The notes below the pieces were generated by a model that did no database searches, was not told the DNA's origin, and worked only from the letters and a program-made list of their open reading frames with translations. A stretch of DNA of 64,000 bases from Alphaproteobacteria bacterium (GTDB lineage: Bacteria > Pseudomonadota > Alphaproteobacteria > CAAHEQ01 > UBA3637). The position numbers were made by a program, and so were the translations under genes. The stretch lies in contig JBGUXS010000078.1 of assembly GCA_045118155.1 (NCBI GenBank), positions 443 through 64,442 on the forward strand, given 5' to 3'. Below, one piece after another: positions 17,445-27,758 of this stretch (the first letter of the stretch is position 1; each line of letters begins with the position of its first letter).

Positions 17445-18818
17445 CTATCCCCCAAGAGCTTTATAGATATGAATTAAATCCTGATATAAGGCATGGGTTG
17501 CCTGCACAAGTTCTCTTTGGCCAGCAATTAAATTCTGAAAAGCCGTGAGTACTTCAGAAAATGAAATCAACCCCCCAGTATATTTATCATATGTCAACTG
17601 ATAAACTTGTTGTAAATGGCTTAAACTTTGGTGCCTTAAATCATGAGTTTTTAAATCTTGATCTAACTCAACATAGGCATTTTTCACTTCATGAACCGCC
17701 GTCAGTAAAGCCTTTTCATAAGCAAGCAATTTTTCTTCCTTCATTTCTTTTTGAAGGATAATATTCTGTCGTAATACGCCCCAGTGAAACAACGGGGTAC
17801 TTACCCCAGGAAGTAGATGATATGTATAACTTTTATGATTAAGCAAAGAACTGACTTTATTATCTTGAAATCCCAAAAAAGTAGATAAATTGACTTTTGG
17901 GAAAAGCTCAGCAACAGCCATCCCAACAGCCGCATTTTGCCCAATTAATTCTTCTTCGGCGACACGGACATCTGGCCGATTCCGAAGCAATGAAACGCTA
18001 GCATCATACACCCGATTAACATCAAACAAAAACGGCTCTAAAATAATATTATGGGAACTTGCCAACTCTTTATTAAGCGTATTTGGTAAGTTCCCCAATA
18101 ATAAAGCAAGCGTATTTTTCTCTACCTGTTCTTGGGCTTTTAAGCCAGGTAATGCCGCCTTTGTTTCTGCTAACAAATATTTGGCTTGTTCTAATTCTAA
18201 TTTCGTTTCCAAGCCACTTTGATATTTCTTTTGAACCAAGTGTAACAAATCTTCTTGTGTCTTTATATTGCGCTGTAATAGGGATATCTGAGCTTGGACC
18301 ATACGTAATGACATATAAGCTAACGCTAATTGTGCCTGCACAGAAACAAAGACATTTTTTAATGCTTCTTGGGCCCCACGATAACTACTTTCTGCTTGCT
18401 CTGTCTGGCGACGTCCTCCGCCAAAGATATCTAATTCCCAATTGACATCAAAACCAACTTGATAATAATCTTCCTTAAGCAACATTGGCATAGATTTAGG
18501 CTCTTTTACATAGGTATACCCCGCTTCAATATCCACCATCGGTAAATTCTGCACGGATGTCTTTTTTAAAAAAGCACGTGCTTGTCTTAACCGCATAAGC
18601 GCTTGCCCAATATCTAGATTTTGTTCAGCTGTTTTAGTAAGCATACGGGTTAAAGGGGCTTCGTGAAAATCACTTAAATGAAAAGGTGCGTGAACCTGTT
18701 TGTTTTGAGATAAACCTAAAATTTGAGCCACTTCTTTATCTTCAAAAAAGATGGGACGTTGATAATCCGGTCCAACCGTGCACGAAACCAACACAAAAAA
18801 AAGAATAATTTTTTTCAT
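17445..18818 (-). CDS. RND efflux outer-membrane factor lipoprotein (NodT/OprM family)
   Basis: Lipobox LVSC. TolC-family repeats. Last gene of the operon. Confidence 0.85.
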   Translation of the reverse strand: MKKIILFFVLVSCTVGPDYQRPIFFEDKEVAQILGLSQNKQVHAPFHLSDFHEAPLTRMLTKTAEQNLDIGQALMRLRQARAFLKKTSVQNLPMVDIEAGYTYVKEPKSMPMLLKEDYYQVGFDVNWELDIFGGGRRQTEQAESSYRGAQEALKNVFVSVQAQLALAYMSLRMVQAQISLLQRNIKTQEDLLHLVQKKYQSGLETKLELEQAKYLLAETKAALPGLKAQEQVEKNTLALLLGNLPNTLNKELASSHNIILEPFLFDVNRVYDASVSLLRNRPDVRVAEEELIGQNAAVGMAVAELFPKVNLSTFLGFQDNKVSSLLNHKSYTYHLLPGVSTPLFHWGVLRQNIILQKEMKEEKLLAYEKALLTAVHEVKNAYVELDQDLKTHDLRHQSLSHLQQVYQLTYDKYTGGLISFSEVLTAFQNLIAGQRELVQATHALYQDLIHIYKALGG

Positions 18819-21800
18819 ATCTTTTTCCTTTTCCGGCGTATTTTAGGAACCGGAACCTTAAAATAACAGTGACGGCCAATCCCTTCACAAATACCATATA
18901 AGGCCGGAATAAATAAAATCCCAATACATGTAGCCGCTAACATCCCCGCGAATACCGTAACCCCAATGGATATCTGGCTGGAAGCCCCTGCCCCCGTGGC
19001 AAGCAACATAGGGACAACCCCTAAAATAAATGTTAAAGCCGTCATTAATACGGCACGAAAGCGTTCTTTTGCCCCATAAATACAGGATTGAACCAACGAT
19101 TGTCCTTGTCCACGGGCTTGTAAAATAAATTCCACAATTAAAATCGCATTTTTACTAGCAAGACCAATGAGTAATACTAACCCTAGCTGAGCATAAATAC
19201 TTAAAGGAAGGCCCCAAATCATGAGGCCTATCAAGGCCCCTAATAAAGCAAAAACATTTGAAAAAATGACCGAAAATGCCGTTAACCAACTTTCATATAA
19301 CCCAACCAAAAACAAATATCCAAAAATAATTGCCAACACAATTAAAATAAGAACCAAGCCCGATGTTTTAACCTCTTGTAAGCTCAATCCTGTCCAAGCT
19401 AACGCATACTTTGGTCCTAAGTCGTTCACCATTTTTTGCACCTGTTGAATTCCTTGCCCAGAACTCACCTCTTGTTTTGTAGCCGCTGTCACTGGAGCAC
19501 TTAAATACTGGTTAAACCGATACACAATCTTAGGGCTGAGTATGGTTTTGAACTCTATCAAATTTTTAAGGCGCACCATATTTCCACCCAAACTTGGAAC
19601 ATATAAATTTTCAATATTATTTTGATCTTGACGATAGGGGAAAGCCGCTTGTACAATCACTTTGTTAACTTGCCCTTGAACAGGAATATTATTAACATAT
19701 TGAGACCCTAAATTCGCTTGTAATACAGAAAAAATATTAGAAATTGGGACATGATAATTCAACGCTTTTGTACGATCAATTTCCAAAAATAAATGGGGAC
19801 TTCCAGGGGTTAATGTACTAAATCCAAACACAAAATTAGGGCTTTTTCGTATTTTTTGTATAACAGATTGCGTAGATATAAATAATTTTTCAAAAGAAAC
19901 ATCTTCATCTATAGCATTAATTTGAAAAGAAAGGCCATCACTTGTTCCAACGCCAGGAATAGATGGTAAGGCATAAAATTCTATAGATGCTTGCGTATTA
20001 TGCGTATAATTTTCCTGTAAACCATTTAAAATATGTGCTAAAGAAAGTGTTTTTGTTGTTCGTTGTTCCCATGGTTTTAACCCCACTACCCCCATCGCAA
20101 TATTTTCCCCTTGTCCCCCTAAAAAACTAACCCCAACAACAGAAATAAAATAACGAACCCCAGGTAAAGCCAGTATTTTTTGAGATAATTTTTCTAAGAC
20201 CGCTTCTGTCCTATTCCGGCTGGCTGTTTCGGGTAATTGAATATTCGCAAAAATGACCCCCTGATCTTCCTGGGGGATAAAGGAAGTTGGCCTGATAAAA
20301 AACAAGAAAAAAGTTCCAATTAAGGTACAACTAATTAAAAAAGAACTTGTTTTTAGGTGTTCACAAAAAAACCGTACCGCAGATATATATCGCTTTTTTG
20401 TCCACTCTAACATTTCATTAAAAAAATCAAAGATCTTTAAAGGATTCTTACTCTGCCGTCCCAAAAATAAAGCACATAAAGCGGGACTTAACGTCAAGGC
20501 ATTGACCGATGAAAATACAACCGCTGTCGCAATTGTAATTGCAAATTGCTGGTAAATTTTCCCCGTAATCCCCGCCATTAACCCAACAGGAACAAAAATA
20601 GATAACAAGACAAGCGTCGTTGCTATTACCACAGTACTAATATCTTTCATTGCTTGTATAGATGCCTCTTTTGCGGGCAATTTCCTATTTGCCATTAGGT
20701 ATTGCACCCGTTCTACCACAACAATAGCATCATCCACAACCAAACCGATAGCTAAAATAAGGGCAAATAAAGTTAAGATATTAATATCAAATCCTAAGAC
20801 ATAAATAACTGCAAACGTACTGATTAATGATACAGGAATTGTTATCATTGGAATAAATGTCGCAAAGATATTTTGTAAAAAAAGATATACAACCCCAACC
20901 ACCAACAAAAAAGTAATTAATAATGTTTCAATAATCCCTTTTAACGATGCCCGCACAAAATCAGTAGAATCATATACAACTTCTAATTCCAATCCCTCTG
21001 GGAAATGATACGTCAAGGTTTTAATTTCTTGGCGTACTGCCTGCATCGTCTGCAAGGAATTTGTCCCAGGTGTCTGGCTTAAAGCCATAATAACTGCTGG
21101 CTGATTATTAAACAAAGAAGTCATTTGATAGGTATCCGCCCCCCAAGAAACTTCTGCCACATCTTTCAACCTAACAATTCCCCCTTTAGTATCCACAGCA
21201 ACCACAATTTCTTCAAAATCAGAAACACTTTTTAAAAATCCCTTTGCGCTTAAGGTTAAAACAAAAGCATTTGTCACAGGACTTGGGGCTGCCCCCAAAG
21301 ATCCAACACTAGCTTGAACATTCTGATTTTCAATTGCCTGAATAATATCTTGAGAACTTAATCCTAAAGCATTTAACTTCATAGGATTTATCCAAACACG
21401 AATACTATGTTGTGGGCCATAAACTGTTACATCCCCAACCCCATGTACCCGAGATAGTGGATTTTTTAAATAGGTATATGCATAATTACTTAAAAACAAA
21501 TCCGAATAAGAGTTATTTTTCCCTTTTAAAACAAGCATCCCTAGCATATTTGCTGATTGTAATTTTACTTCTATCCCTTCTTGACGAACTATAGGGGGCA
21601 GAATAGGTTCTACCTGTTGTAACCGATTTTGTACTTTAACCTGAGCTATATCAGGGTCGGTCCCAATATTAAAAGTAATGGTCAATTGATAAACACCATT
21701 ATCATTTGAAGTAGAAGACATATATAACATATCTTCAACCCCATTAATTTCATTTTCAATTGGAATAGCCACTGTCTCTGTTAGAATTTGAGCATTTGCA

Positions 21801-21958
21801 CCGGGATAATTAACTGAAACAATCACTTGCGGAGGGGTAATATCTGGATATTGGGAAATTGGCAACACACTTATCGCTAATCCCCCCAACAAAACCATTA
21901 CAATAGCAATAACGGCCGCAAACCTAGGATGAGTAATACAAAATTGGGAACCCGTCAT
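18815..21958 (-). CDS. RND (HAE1/AcrB-family) multidrug efflux transporter
   Basis: 1047 aa, 12-TM RND signature. The N-terminus ...LPISQYPDITPPQVIVSVNYPGA is AcrB-like. Confidence 0.92.
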   Translation of the reverse strand: MTGSQFCITHPRFAAVIAIVMVLLGGLAISVLPISQYPDITPPQVIVSVNYPGANAQILTETVAIPIENEINGVEDMLYMSSTSNDNGVYQLTITFNIGTDPDIAQVKVQNRLQQVEPILPPIVRQEGIEVKLQSANMLGMLVLKGKNNSYSDLFLSNYAYTYLKNPLSRVHGVGDVTVYGPQHSIRVWINPMKLNALGLSSQDIIQAIENQNVQASVGSLGAAPSPVTNAFVLTLSAKGFLKSVSDFEEIVVAVDTKGGIVRLKDVAEVSWGADTYQMTSLFNNQPAVIMALSQTPGTNSLQTMQAVRQEIKTLTYHFPEGLELEVVYDSTDFVRASLKGIIETLLITFLLVVGVVYLFLQNIFATFIPMITIPVSLISTFAVIYVLGFDINILTLFALILAIGLVVDDAIVVVERVQYLMANRKLPAKEASIQAMKDISTVVIATTLVLLSIFVPVGLMAGITGKIYQQFAITIATAVVFSSVNALTLSPALCALFLGRQSKNPLKIFDFFNEMLEWTKKRYISAVRFFCEHLKTSSFLISCTLIGTFFLFFIRPTSFIPQEDQGVIFANIQLPETASRNRTEAVLEKLSQKILALPGVRYFISVVGVSFLGGQGENIAMGVVGLKPWEQRTTKTLSLAHILNGLQENYTHNTQASIEFYALPSIPGVGTSDGLSFQINAIDEDVSFEKLFISTQSVIQKIRKSPNFVFGFSTLTPGSPHLFLEIDRTKALNYHVPISNIFSVLQANLGSQYVNNIPVQGQVNKVIVQAAFPYRQDQNNIENLYVPSLGGNMVRLKNLIEFKTILSPKIVYRFNQYLSAPVTAATKQEVSSGQGIQQVQKMVNDLGPKYALAWTGLSLQEVKTSGLVLILIVLAIIFGYLFLVGLYESWLTAFSVIFSNVFALLGALIGLMIWGLPLSIYAQLGLVLLIGLASKNAILIVEFILQARGQGQSLVQSCIYGAKERFRAVLMTALTFILGVVPMLLATGAGASSQISIGVTVFAGMLAATCIGILFIPALYGICEGIGRHCYFKVPVPKIRRKRKKI

Positions 21959-23136
21959 TCTTCCTCCACTGACGAAGCAATGTTTGCTTTTTTCCCAATA
22001 TTTTCACTTCCCATAGAGGTCATGACGACTTTTTCTCCTGTCGTCAATCCCTTTAAAATAACAACATTTTCTCCCTGAACTGGCCCCAGAGATAATTGCC
22101 GCTTTTCAATAATTTGCTGATTATTTACTATAAAAACAAAAGGGATGTCTTCTTCCCAAGATAATTGATCTAACGACAGAACAAAAACATCATGAAGTGT
22201 TTTTTCTAACAAAACATCCACGTATGCTTGGGTAACAAGTAATCTTTGCCCATTTGAAAAATCAGCATACATCGTTAACGCATTTGTTTTAGAATTAATT
22301 TCATTATTTGTATAACTCAATGTTCCTGTTTCCGGATACCGCCGACCATCCGCTAGTTGCAAAGAGATTGTCCAATCTTCAAATGGCAGATGATGCGCAC
22401 TATATGATTCTACATAATCTTTATCCGAAATAGAAAACATAACCCTAATAGGATCTTCTTGAATAATACGCACCAATGCATCGCTTGAAGGTGCTACATA
22501 ATCCCCCAAAGATACTTTAATCGTTCCAATACGTCCAGAAATAGGGGCACAAATCGTTGTATAATCATAATTGACTTTAGCGACCTGCTCGGCGGCCTTA
22601 GCGGCCTCTAATGAGGCTAAAGCCGATAAAAAAGAAGCTTTTCCTTCATCCAATTGTGCTAAGGCAACCGCTTTTTCCCCTGTTTTTAGCAAACGTTGGT
22701 AATATTGATGCGCATTCACCAAAGTCGCTTCTGCAGATAAAACGTTTGCCTGTTCTAAGGCTAATTTCGCTTTATATTCATCTTGTTTTAAAATAAAAAG
22801 GGTTTGTCCTTCTAAAACATCTGCCCCATCTTCAACCAAAATATCTTCAATAAAACCGGCAAGAAAAGGGTGCACCTCTACGGAATTAATCGGCATCACA
22901 TATCCAATATAACGCCGTTGCAATGTCAATTCCTGTGGAACCATTTTTTTAACTTGGACTGTTAATGGCAAGACCTTTTTTTCTTCAAAAGGAGGGGACA
23001 TAAAACAATATCGCCCAACCCCTAAACTTCCTAAAATACATATCCCCAATATCCAAATCCATTTTTTTAAGCGCGTTCTATGTGCCATGGGGTCCTCATT
23101 TTCGTATTTGTTAAGAAAATACCTAATAAAATACAT
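21955..23136 (-). CDS. RND efflux membrane fusion protein (AcrA/HlyD family)
   Basis: Biotinyl-lipoyl/HlyD_D23 pattern. The true start is probably MAHRTRLKK (about 23088), which overlaps the eamA 3' end by about 20 nt. Confidence 0.85.
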   Translation of the reverse strand: MYFIRYFLNKYENEDPMAHRTRLKKWIWILGICILGSLGVGRYCFMSPPFEEKKVLPLTVQVKKMVPQELTLQRRYIGYVMPINSVEVHPFLAGFIEDILVEDGADVLEGQTLFILKQDEYKAKLALEQANVLSAEATLVNAHQYYQRLLKTGEKAVALAQLDEGKASFLSALASLEAAKAAEQVAKVNYDYTTICAPISGRIGTIKVSLGDYVAPSSDALVRIIQEDPIRVMFSISDKDYVESYSAHHLPFEDWTISLQLADGRRYPETGTLSYTNNEINSKTNALTMYADFSNGQRLLVTQAYVDVLLEKTLHDVFVLSLDQLSWEEDIPFVFIVNNQQIIEKRQLSLGPVQGENVVILKGLTTGEKVVMTSMGSENIGKKANIASSVEEE

Positions 23137-24011
23137 CCACCACCGATAACTTCAGTCCATACAAGAGATTCTTTGAGTAAAAAGAAAGCCTCTATCGTAC
23201 TAAAAATAGGCATTAAATAATACACAACACTTACTTTAATTGATCCTAATTTTTCCAGGGCCTTATTCCAGAAAAAATAAGCCAGAACAGAATTAAAAAT
23301 GCCCATATACAACATAATTCCCAATACACCCCAAGTTAAATGTTCTTGAATCAATGGGAATCGAATCGTTTCATAAATAAAAAACGGTAAGCAACCCAAC
23401 GCCCCCACCACAATTCCAACCGTTAAAAGACTTTCTTGAGACAAAGTTGAAGGTTTGGTGGACATTAAATAGCTATAAAAACCAAAACTACACGCCATAG
23501 CGACCATCCAAAAATCCCCCATTTGAAAAGGAAAATGAAAGATTTCCTGTAAACGACCTTTCAAAATAATTACAAAAACCCCAATAACAGCAAACAACAT
23601 ACCTATCTTTGCTCTCTTGTTAATAAAAGCTCCCCCTAAAAAATGGGCAAACAACAACAAAAAAACGGGCCCTGTAACTGAAATTAAAGACATTTGTACC
23701 GCAGACAGGGTATAACTGGCGTAATAAACACATGTATTGCAAAACGTGATTCCAATTAAAGAAGAATAAAGAATAAACTTCCATTCTCTCTTAAGATACA
23801 TTTTTTCTTTCATGACCCGCTTATACGTAAACGGAACAAGGCAAATTCCAGCAATTGCCCACCTAAAAAATGCTATTTGCCAAGGGGTTAAAATCCCTTG
23901 CAGGGCACTTCCAACAATAACATTAAAACTCCAAAAAAAAACAGCTAGTATCGCCAGCATATATGCCATGTAATATTCCCCTTTAAAAGGGGATATAAGG
24001 GGGGAAAACAA
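23067..24011 (-). CDS. EamA/DMT-family transporter
   Basis: 10 TM helices in two EamA repeats. First gene of the efflux operon. Confidence 0.75.
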   Translation of the reverse strand: MFSPLISPFKGEYYMAYMLAILAVFFWSFNVIVGSALQGILTPWQIAFFRWAIAGICLVPFTYKRVMKEKMYLKREWKFILYSSLIGITFCNTCVYYASYTLSAVQMSLISVTGPVFLLLFAHFLGGAFINKRAKIGMLFAVIGVFVIILKGRLQEIFHFPFQMGDFWMVAMACSFGFYSYLMSTKPSTLSQESLLTVGIVVGALGCLPFFIYETIRFPLIQEHLTWGVLGIMLYMGIFNSVLAYFFWNKALEKLGSIKVSVVYYLMPIFSTIEAFFLLKESLVWTEVIGGGCILLGIFLTNTKMRTPWHIERA

Positions 24012-24035
24012 GAGATACTACATAAACTTTAGTAT

Positions 24036-24069
24036 AAAAAAAGGGGGGAATAATTGCTTCCCCCTTTTC
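24036..24069 (-). terminator. rho-independent terminator after rne (GGGGGGAAtaattgcTTCCCCC; minus sense followed by T7)
   Basis: 7-bp GC-rich stem with a U-tract. The A-tract on the other side makes it potentially bidirectional. Confidence 0.6.
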
Positions 24070-24086
24070 AATAATAATTCTTCAAT

Positions 24087-26123
24087 CTATGGCATTAATT
24101 TATTCCACCAACCTTTTTTCCCTTTTGGACTAGGTTCAGGTGTTTTTTCTGCCTGAGATTCTTGTTCTTTTGAAGATTTTTCTTTAGTTTTTCCTGAAGT
24201 TCTTTTTTTAGGGGCATCAGGTTCTTGACGTCGTTTCGCATCAAATAATACTAAAGATTCCTGAGGGACAACCTTAAATTTTTCTTCAGCAGTTTTTTCT
24301 TCTGTACCCCCATTTCCTTTTTCCTTCTTGGCTTTAAAAGACTTTTTACCCCGTGTATTTTGTTTGTTTTTTTCTTTTGTATCTTTTTCTTCCTTAATTT
24401 GTTCCACTTTTTCTTCTTTTACCGTTTCCTTTTTCTCAGGGGTTGGCTTTTTCTGAAAAATCTTTCTTAACGTACTTGTGGGTTTTTCTTCCACAGGCAA
24501 AGGTTCTTCGCGTTCTGTTTTTTCTAAACGATAATCCGTTAAAACCTGCATATCTGGATCAATCATAATCCGTAAGCTGAATTTGCCTTTTTCTTCTAGT
24601 TCTGTCAACGAAGACCGTGTATTATTCAACAAATACAACGCCACCTTTTCTGGCACAAAAACAATCACATTTTTATTGATAAGTTCTGTTCCGAACCCTT
24701 CTAACAAATGGATCATCCTAATGGCGCAAGATTCCACCGTCCGAACCCGTCCCTTTCCTGCACAACAAGGGCATGGGACATATGAACTTTCCAATACACT
24801 AGAATGTAATCGTTGCCGAGACATTTCCATTAAACCAAAACCCGATATTTTCCCCATTTGAATACGGGCCCGGTCATGACGTAATGCTTCCCGCAAAGCA
24901 CGTTCAATATGTGCATTATTCTTTGGTTCCATCATATCAATAAAATCAATCACAACAAGCCCTGCTAAATCTCTAAGCCGCAATTGACGGGCCAATTCTT
25001 CGCAAGCTTCCAAATTCGTTTTTAAAGCGGTTTCTTCTAAATCCCGTTCCCGAATTGCCCGACCCGAATTCACATCCACCGTTACCATGGCCTCGGTCTG
25101 ATCAATCACTAAATATCCACCAGATTTAAGCTGAGCAACATTGTTATACAAAACCTCTATCTGATTTTCTATTTGGTATTTAGAAAACAATGGGATATCC
25201 CCCCGATATTGAGTTACTTTTTTAGCTTGAGAAGGAAGAAGTAACTTAACAAAATCTTTTACCGATTTAAATGTATCAACCCCTTCTACAAAAACATCTT
25301 CTATATCCGCTGTAAAAACATCCCGCAAAGAACGCTTAATAATATCCCCTTCTTCATGAATCAATTTCGGGGCAATAGAAGATAACGTTTGTTCCCGAAT
25401 TTTCATCCAAGTTTTGATTAAATAATCATAGTCCCGACGAATATCCGTTTTTTTCTTTTCTTGACCGGCTGTTCTAATAATAACACTCATTCCTTCCGGA
25501 ATAGGCAACTTACTGACAATTTCTTTTAAATTCTTACGTTCTTTAACATTCGTAATTTTCCGAGAAATACCAGCCCCTCGCCCATTATTTGGCATCAAAA
25601 CACTATACCGTCCCGCCAAAGAAAGATATGTCGTCAAGGCCGCCCCTTTATTACCACGTTCTTCTTTAATAACTTGGACCAACATGACTTGCCCATGATG
25701 AATCACTTCTTGAATTTTGTATTTTTTAAAAAAAGATGTTTTGGGAATATGAACATCATCCGAAGCCGGGGCAGAAACAACCTCAACATCCCCTTCCACC
25801 GCGGCATCATCTTCCATATCATCACTATCTTTATCTTCTTGGTTAATCAGCTGTTTTAAAGCTTCCTTATCCGCAACTGGAATTTGATAATAATCAGGAT
25901 GAATCCCACTAAACGGTAAAAAACCGTGCCGATGACCACCATAATCTACAAAAGCGGCTTGTAAAGAAGGTTCAACCCGAATAACCTTCGCTAAATAGAT
26001 ATTTCCTTTAATCTGTTTTTTTGTGGATGTATCCACATCCATCTCAACCAATTTCCCATCATCCACGACAGCCACACGGACTTCCTCAGGATGACGCGCA
26101 TCAATAAGCATCTGTTTTGACAT
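24087..26123 (-). CDS. rne: ribonuclease E
   Basis: S1 domain MLIDARHPEEVRVAVVDDGKL. DNase I-like catalytic region and Zn-link CPCCAGKG. K/E-rich C-terminal tail. Start taken at MSKQMLIDA; the track ORF extends to 26297. Confidence 0.9.
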   Translation of the reverse strand: MSKQMLIDARHPEEVRVAVVDDGKLVEMDVDTSTKKQIKGNIYLAKVIRVEPSLQAAFVDYGGHRHGFLPFSGIHPDYYQIPVADKEALKQLINQEDKDSDDMEDDAAVEGDVEVVSAPASDDVHIPKTSFFKKYKIQEVIHHGQVMLVQVIKEERGNKGAALTTYLSLAGRYSVLMPNNGRGAGISRKITNVKERKNLKEIVSKLPIPEGMSVIIRTAGQEKKKTDIRRDYDYLIKTWMKIREQTLSSIAPKLIHEEGDIIKRSLRDVFTADIEDVFVEGVDTFKSVKDFVKLLLPSQAKKVTQYRGDIPLFSKYQIENQIEVLYNNVAQLKSGGYLVIDQTEAMVTVDVNSGRAIRERDLEETALKTNLEACEELARQLRLRDLAGLVVIDFIDMMEPKNNAHIERALREALRHDRARIQMGKISGFGLMEMSRQRLHSSVLESSYVPCPCCAGKGRVRTVESCAIRMIHLLEGFGTELINKNVIVFVPEKVALYLLNNTRSSLTELEEKGKFSLRIMIDPDMQVLTDYRLEKTEREEPLPVEEKPTSTLRKIFQKKPTPEKKETVKEEKVEQIKEEKDTKEKNKQNTRGKKSFKAKKEKGNGGTEEKTAEEKFKVVPQESLVLFDAKRRQEPDAPKKRTSGKTKEKSSKEQESQAEKTPEPSPKGKKGWWNKLMP

Positions 26124-26322
26124 AAATTCCCCACTAATATTTTTTGAAAACAAGGCGTATCGGCGGTAAGGCTTACCCCTAATAAAGTAAAAAGCCCTAA
26201 ATAAATCATCAACATAGTTCCGCCAATCCGTAAAAAAACTTAAAACAATATTTTCTATTGCGTTTGTTATTATACCGATATACAATCCAAGAATCAAGTT
26301 ATTTTTTAAAGGGCCTTTATTT

Positions 26323-27459
26323 ATGCGTATCTTATACTTGTTTTTAATGGCTTTTTTGTTTGCTTTCCCCTCGTTAGGGGTAACGGTTCAAGATGTTCGT
26401 TTTTCGGCATCCTCTCCTCAAAAAGTACGGTTGGTTGCTGATTTATCCGAAAAAACAGAAGCTAAAGTTTTTAGGTTACAAAATCCCCCACGGTTAGTTG
26501 TTGATTTTGAAAAGGCAACTTTTTCTTCTGTTGTTAAAAATAATACTTTTAAACCTGTTGCCTTCATTGAAGGAATTCGTTTAGGGGTTCCTCAACCTAA
26601 TATCGGGCGGCTTGTCTTGGATATTCCCACAAAAGATTTAACCGAAAACCACTTTTTCCTTCCTCCGGGGGCGGGGAAAACTTGGCGTTTTGTCATTGAT
26701 TTAACGTTGGCCGAATCTACAAATTCAGAGGCAACAACTTACCATAAGGGGCTTACACCATTTCCAGCAAAAGCCCCCCGACAAAAAATTGTCATGTTGG
26801 ATCCGGGGCATGGGGGGCAAGATCCAGGGGCGATTTCTTCCACGGGGAAGTATGAAAAACACTTAACACTTTTATTTGCCAATGAAGCTAAAAAAGTGTT
26901 AGAAAAAAAAGGGTATACCGTTTATATGACCCGAACAAATGATACGGCCGTTTCTCTTCGATCCCGTATAGAAAAAGCCCATAAACACAATGCCGATATT
27001 TTTATTTCTATCCACGCCGACAGTGCCAAAAATAAATCCGCAAAAGGATTATCTATTTACACGATTTCTGAAAAAGCCTCTGATGCAGAAGCAGCCGCCT
27101 TAGCCGAACGTGAAAACAAAGCGGATATCATTTTAGGGATCAATCTAGAAGAATACCAAGAATCTATTGGCAACATTTTAATTGACTTAGCTAAACGCGA
27201 TACTATGGATAAATCTGCCCAATATGCAGAACTCTTTGTCAAGGAAGTTAAGCATACCGCCCAACTAAAAACCACCCCTCATCGCTTTGCTGGATTTGTG
27301 GTTTTAAAATCACCAAACATACCATCTGTTCTAATAGAACTTGGATATCTTTCCAACAAGAAAGAAGAAAAGATGCTTCAAAAGAAATCCTACCGAGCCG
27401 AAATCATTACTGCCCTTGCTAAAGGCTTAGATCAATACTTTAAAGAATTGGGGGATTGA
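26323..27459 (+). CDS. amiC: N-acetylmuramoyl-L-alanine amidase (AMIN + Amidase_3)
   Basis: Signal peptide, then an AMIN-like N-domain. MLDPGHGGQDPGA...HADS Amidase_3 motifs. Confidence 0.85.
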   Translation: MRILYLFLMAFLFAFPSLGVTVQDVRFSASSPQKVRLVADLSEKTEAKVFRLQNPPRLVVDFEKATFSSVVKNNTFKPVAFIEGIRLGVPQPNIGRLVLDIPTKDLTENHFFLPPGAGKTWRFVIDLTLAESTNSEATTYHKGLTPFPAKAPRQKIVMLDPGHGGQDPGAISSTGKYEKHLTLLFANEAKKVLEKKGYTVYMTRTNDTAVSLRSRIEKAHKHNADIFISIHADSAKNKSAKGLSIYTISEKASDAEAAALAERENKADIILGINLEEYQESIGNILIDLAKRDTMDKSAQYAELFVKEVKHTAQLKTTPHRFAGFVVLKSPNIPSVLIELGYLSNKKEEKMLQKKSYRAEIITALAKGLDQYFKELGD

Positions 27460-27758
27460 TGCCACCATTTTTAAGCCCTGATGAAGATTCGTGTCTTTTA
27501 CACATTTTATTGGTTCCTAATGCTAAAGAAAATAAGATTTATGGTCTTTTTAATGAACGATTAAAACTTTATATTTCTGCCCCAGCTGTGGACGGAAAAG
27601 CGAATAAAGCTTTAATTAAATACCTGGCTGATCTCTTTAACCTAAAAAAAAATCAGATTTCCTTGATACAAGGGGAAAGATCCCATCAAAAAACAGTACG
27701 ACTAGATGCCCCTATTGACCACATCTGTACTTGTTTAAGTCAACATATTTCCGTGTAA
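27456..27758 (+). CDS. DUF167 (YggU) family protein
   Basis: LKLYISAPAVDGKANKALIKYLADLF... Confidence 0.7.
   Translation: MMPPFLSPDEDSCLLHILLVPNAKENKIYGLFNERLKLYISAPAVDGKANKALIKYLADLFNLKKNQISLIQGERSHQKTVRLDAPIDHICTCLSQHISV

Noticed and set aside
23067-23136. Possible frameshift or pseudogene at the eamA/MFP junction
   Set aside because: An alternative in-frame Met (MAHRTRLKK) gives a normal-length membrane fusion protein overlapping the eamA 3' end by about 20 nt. This is ordinary operon overlap rather than disruption.
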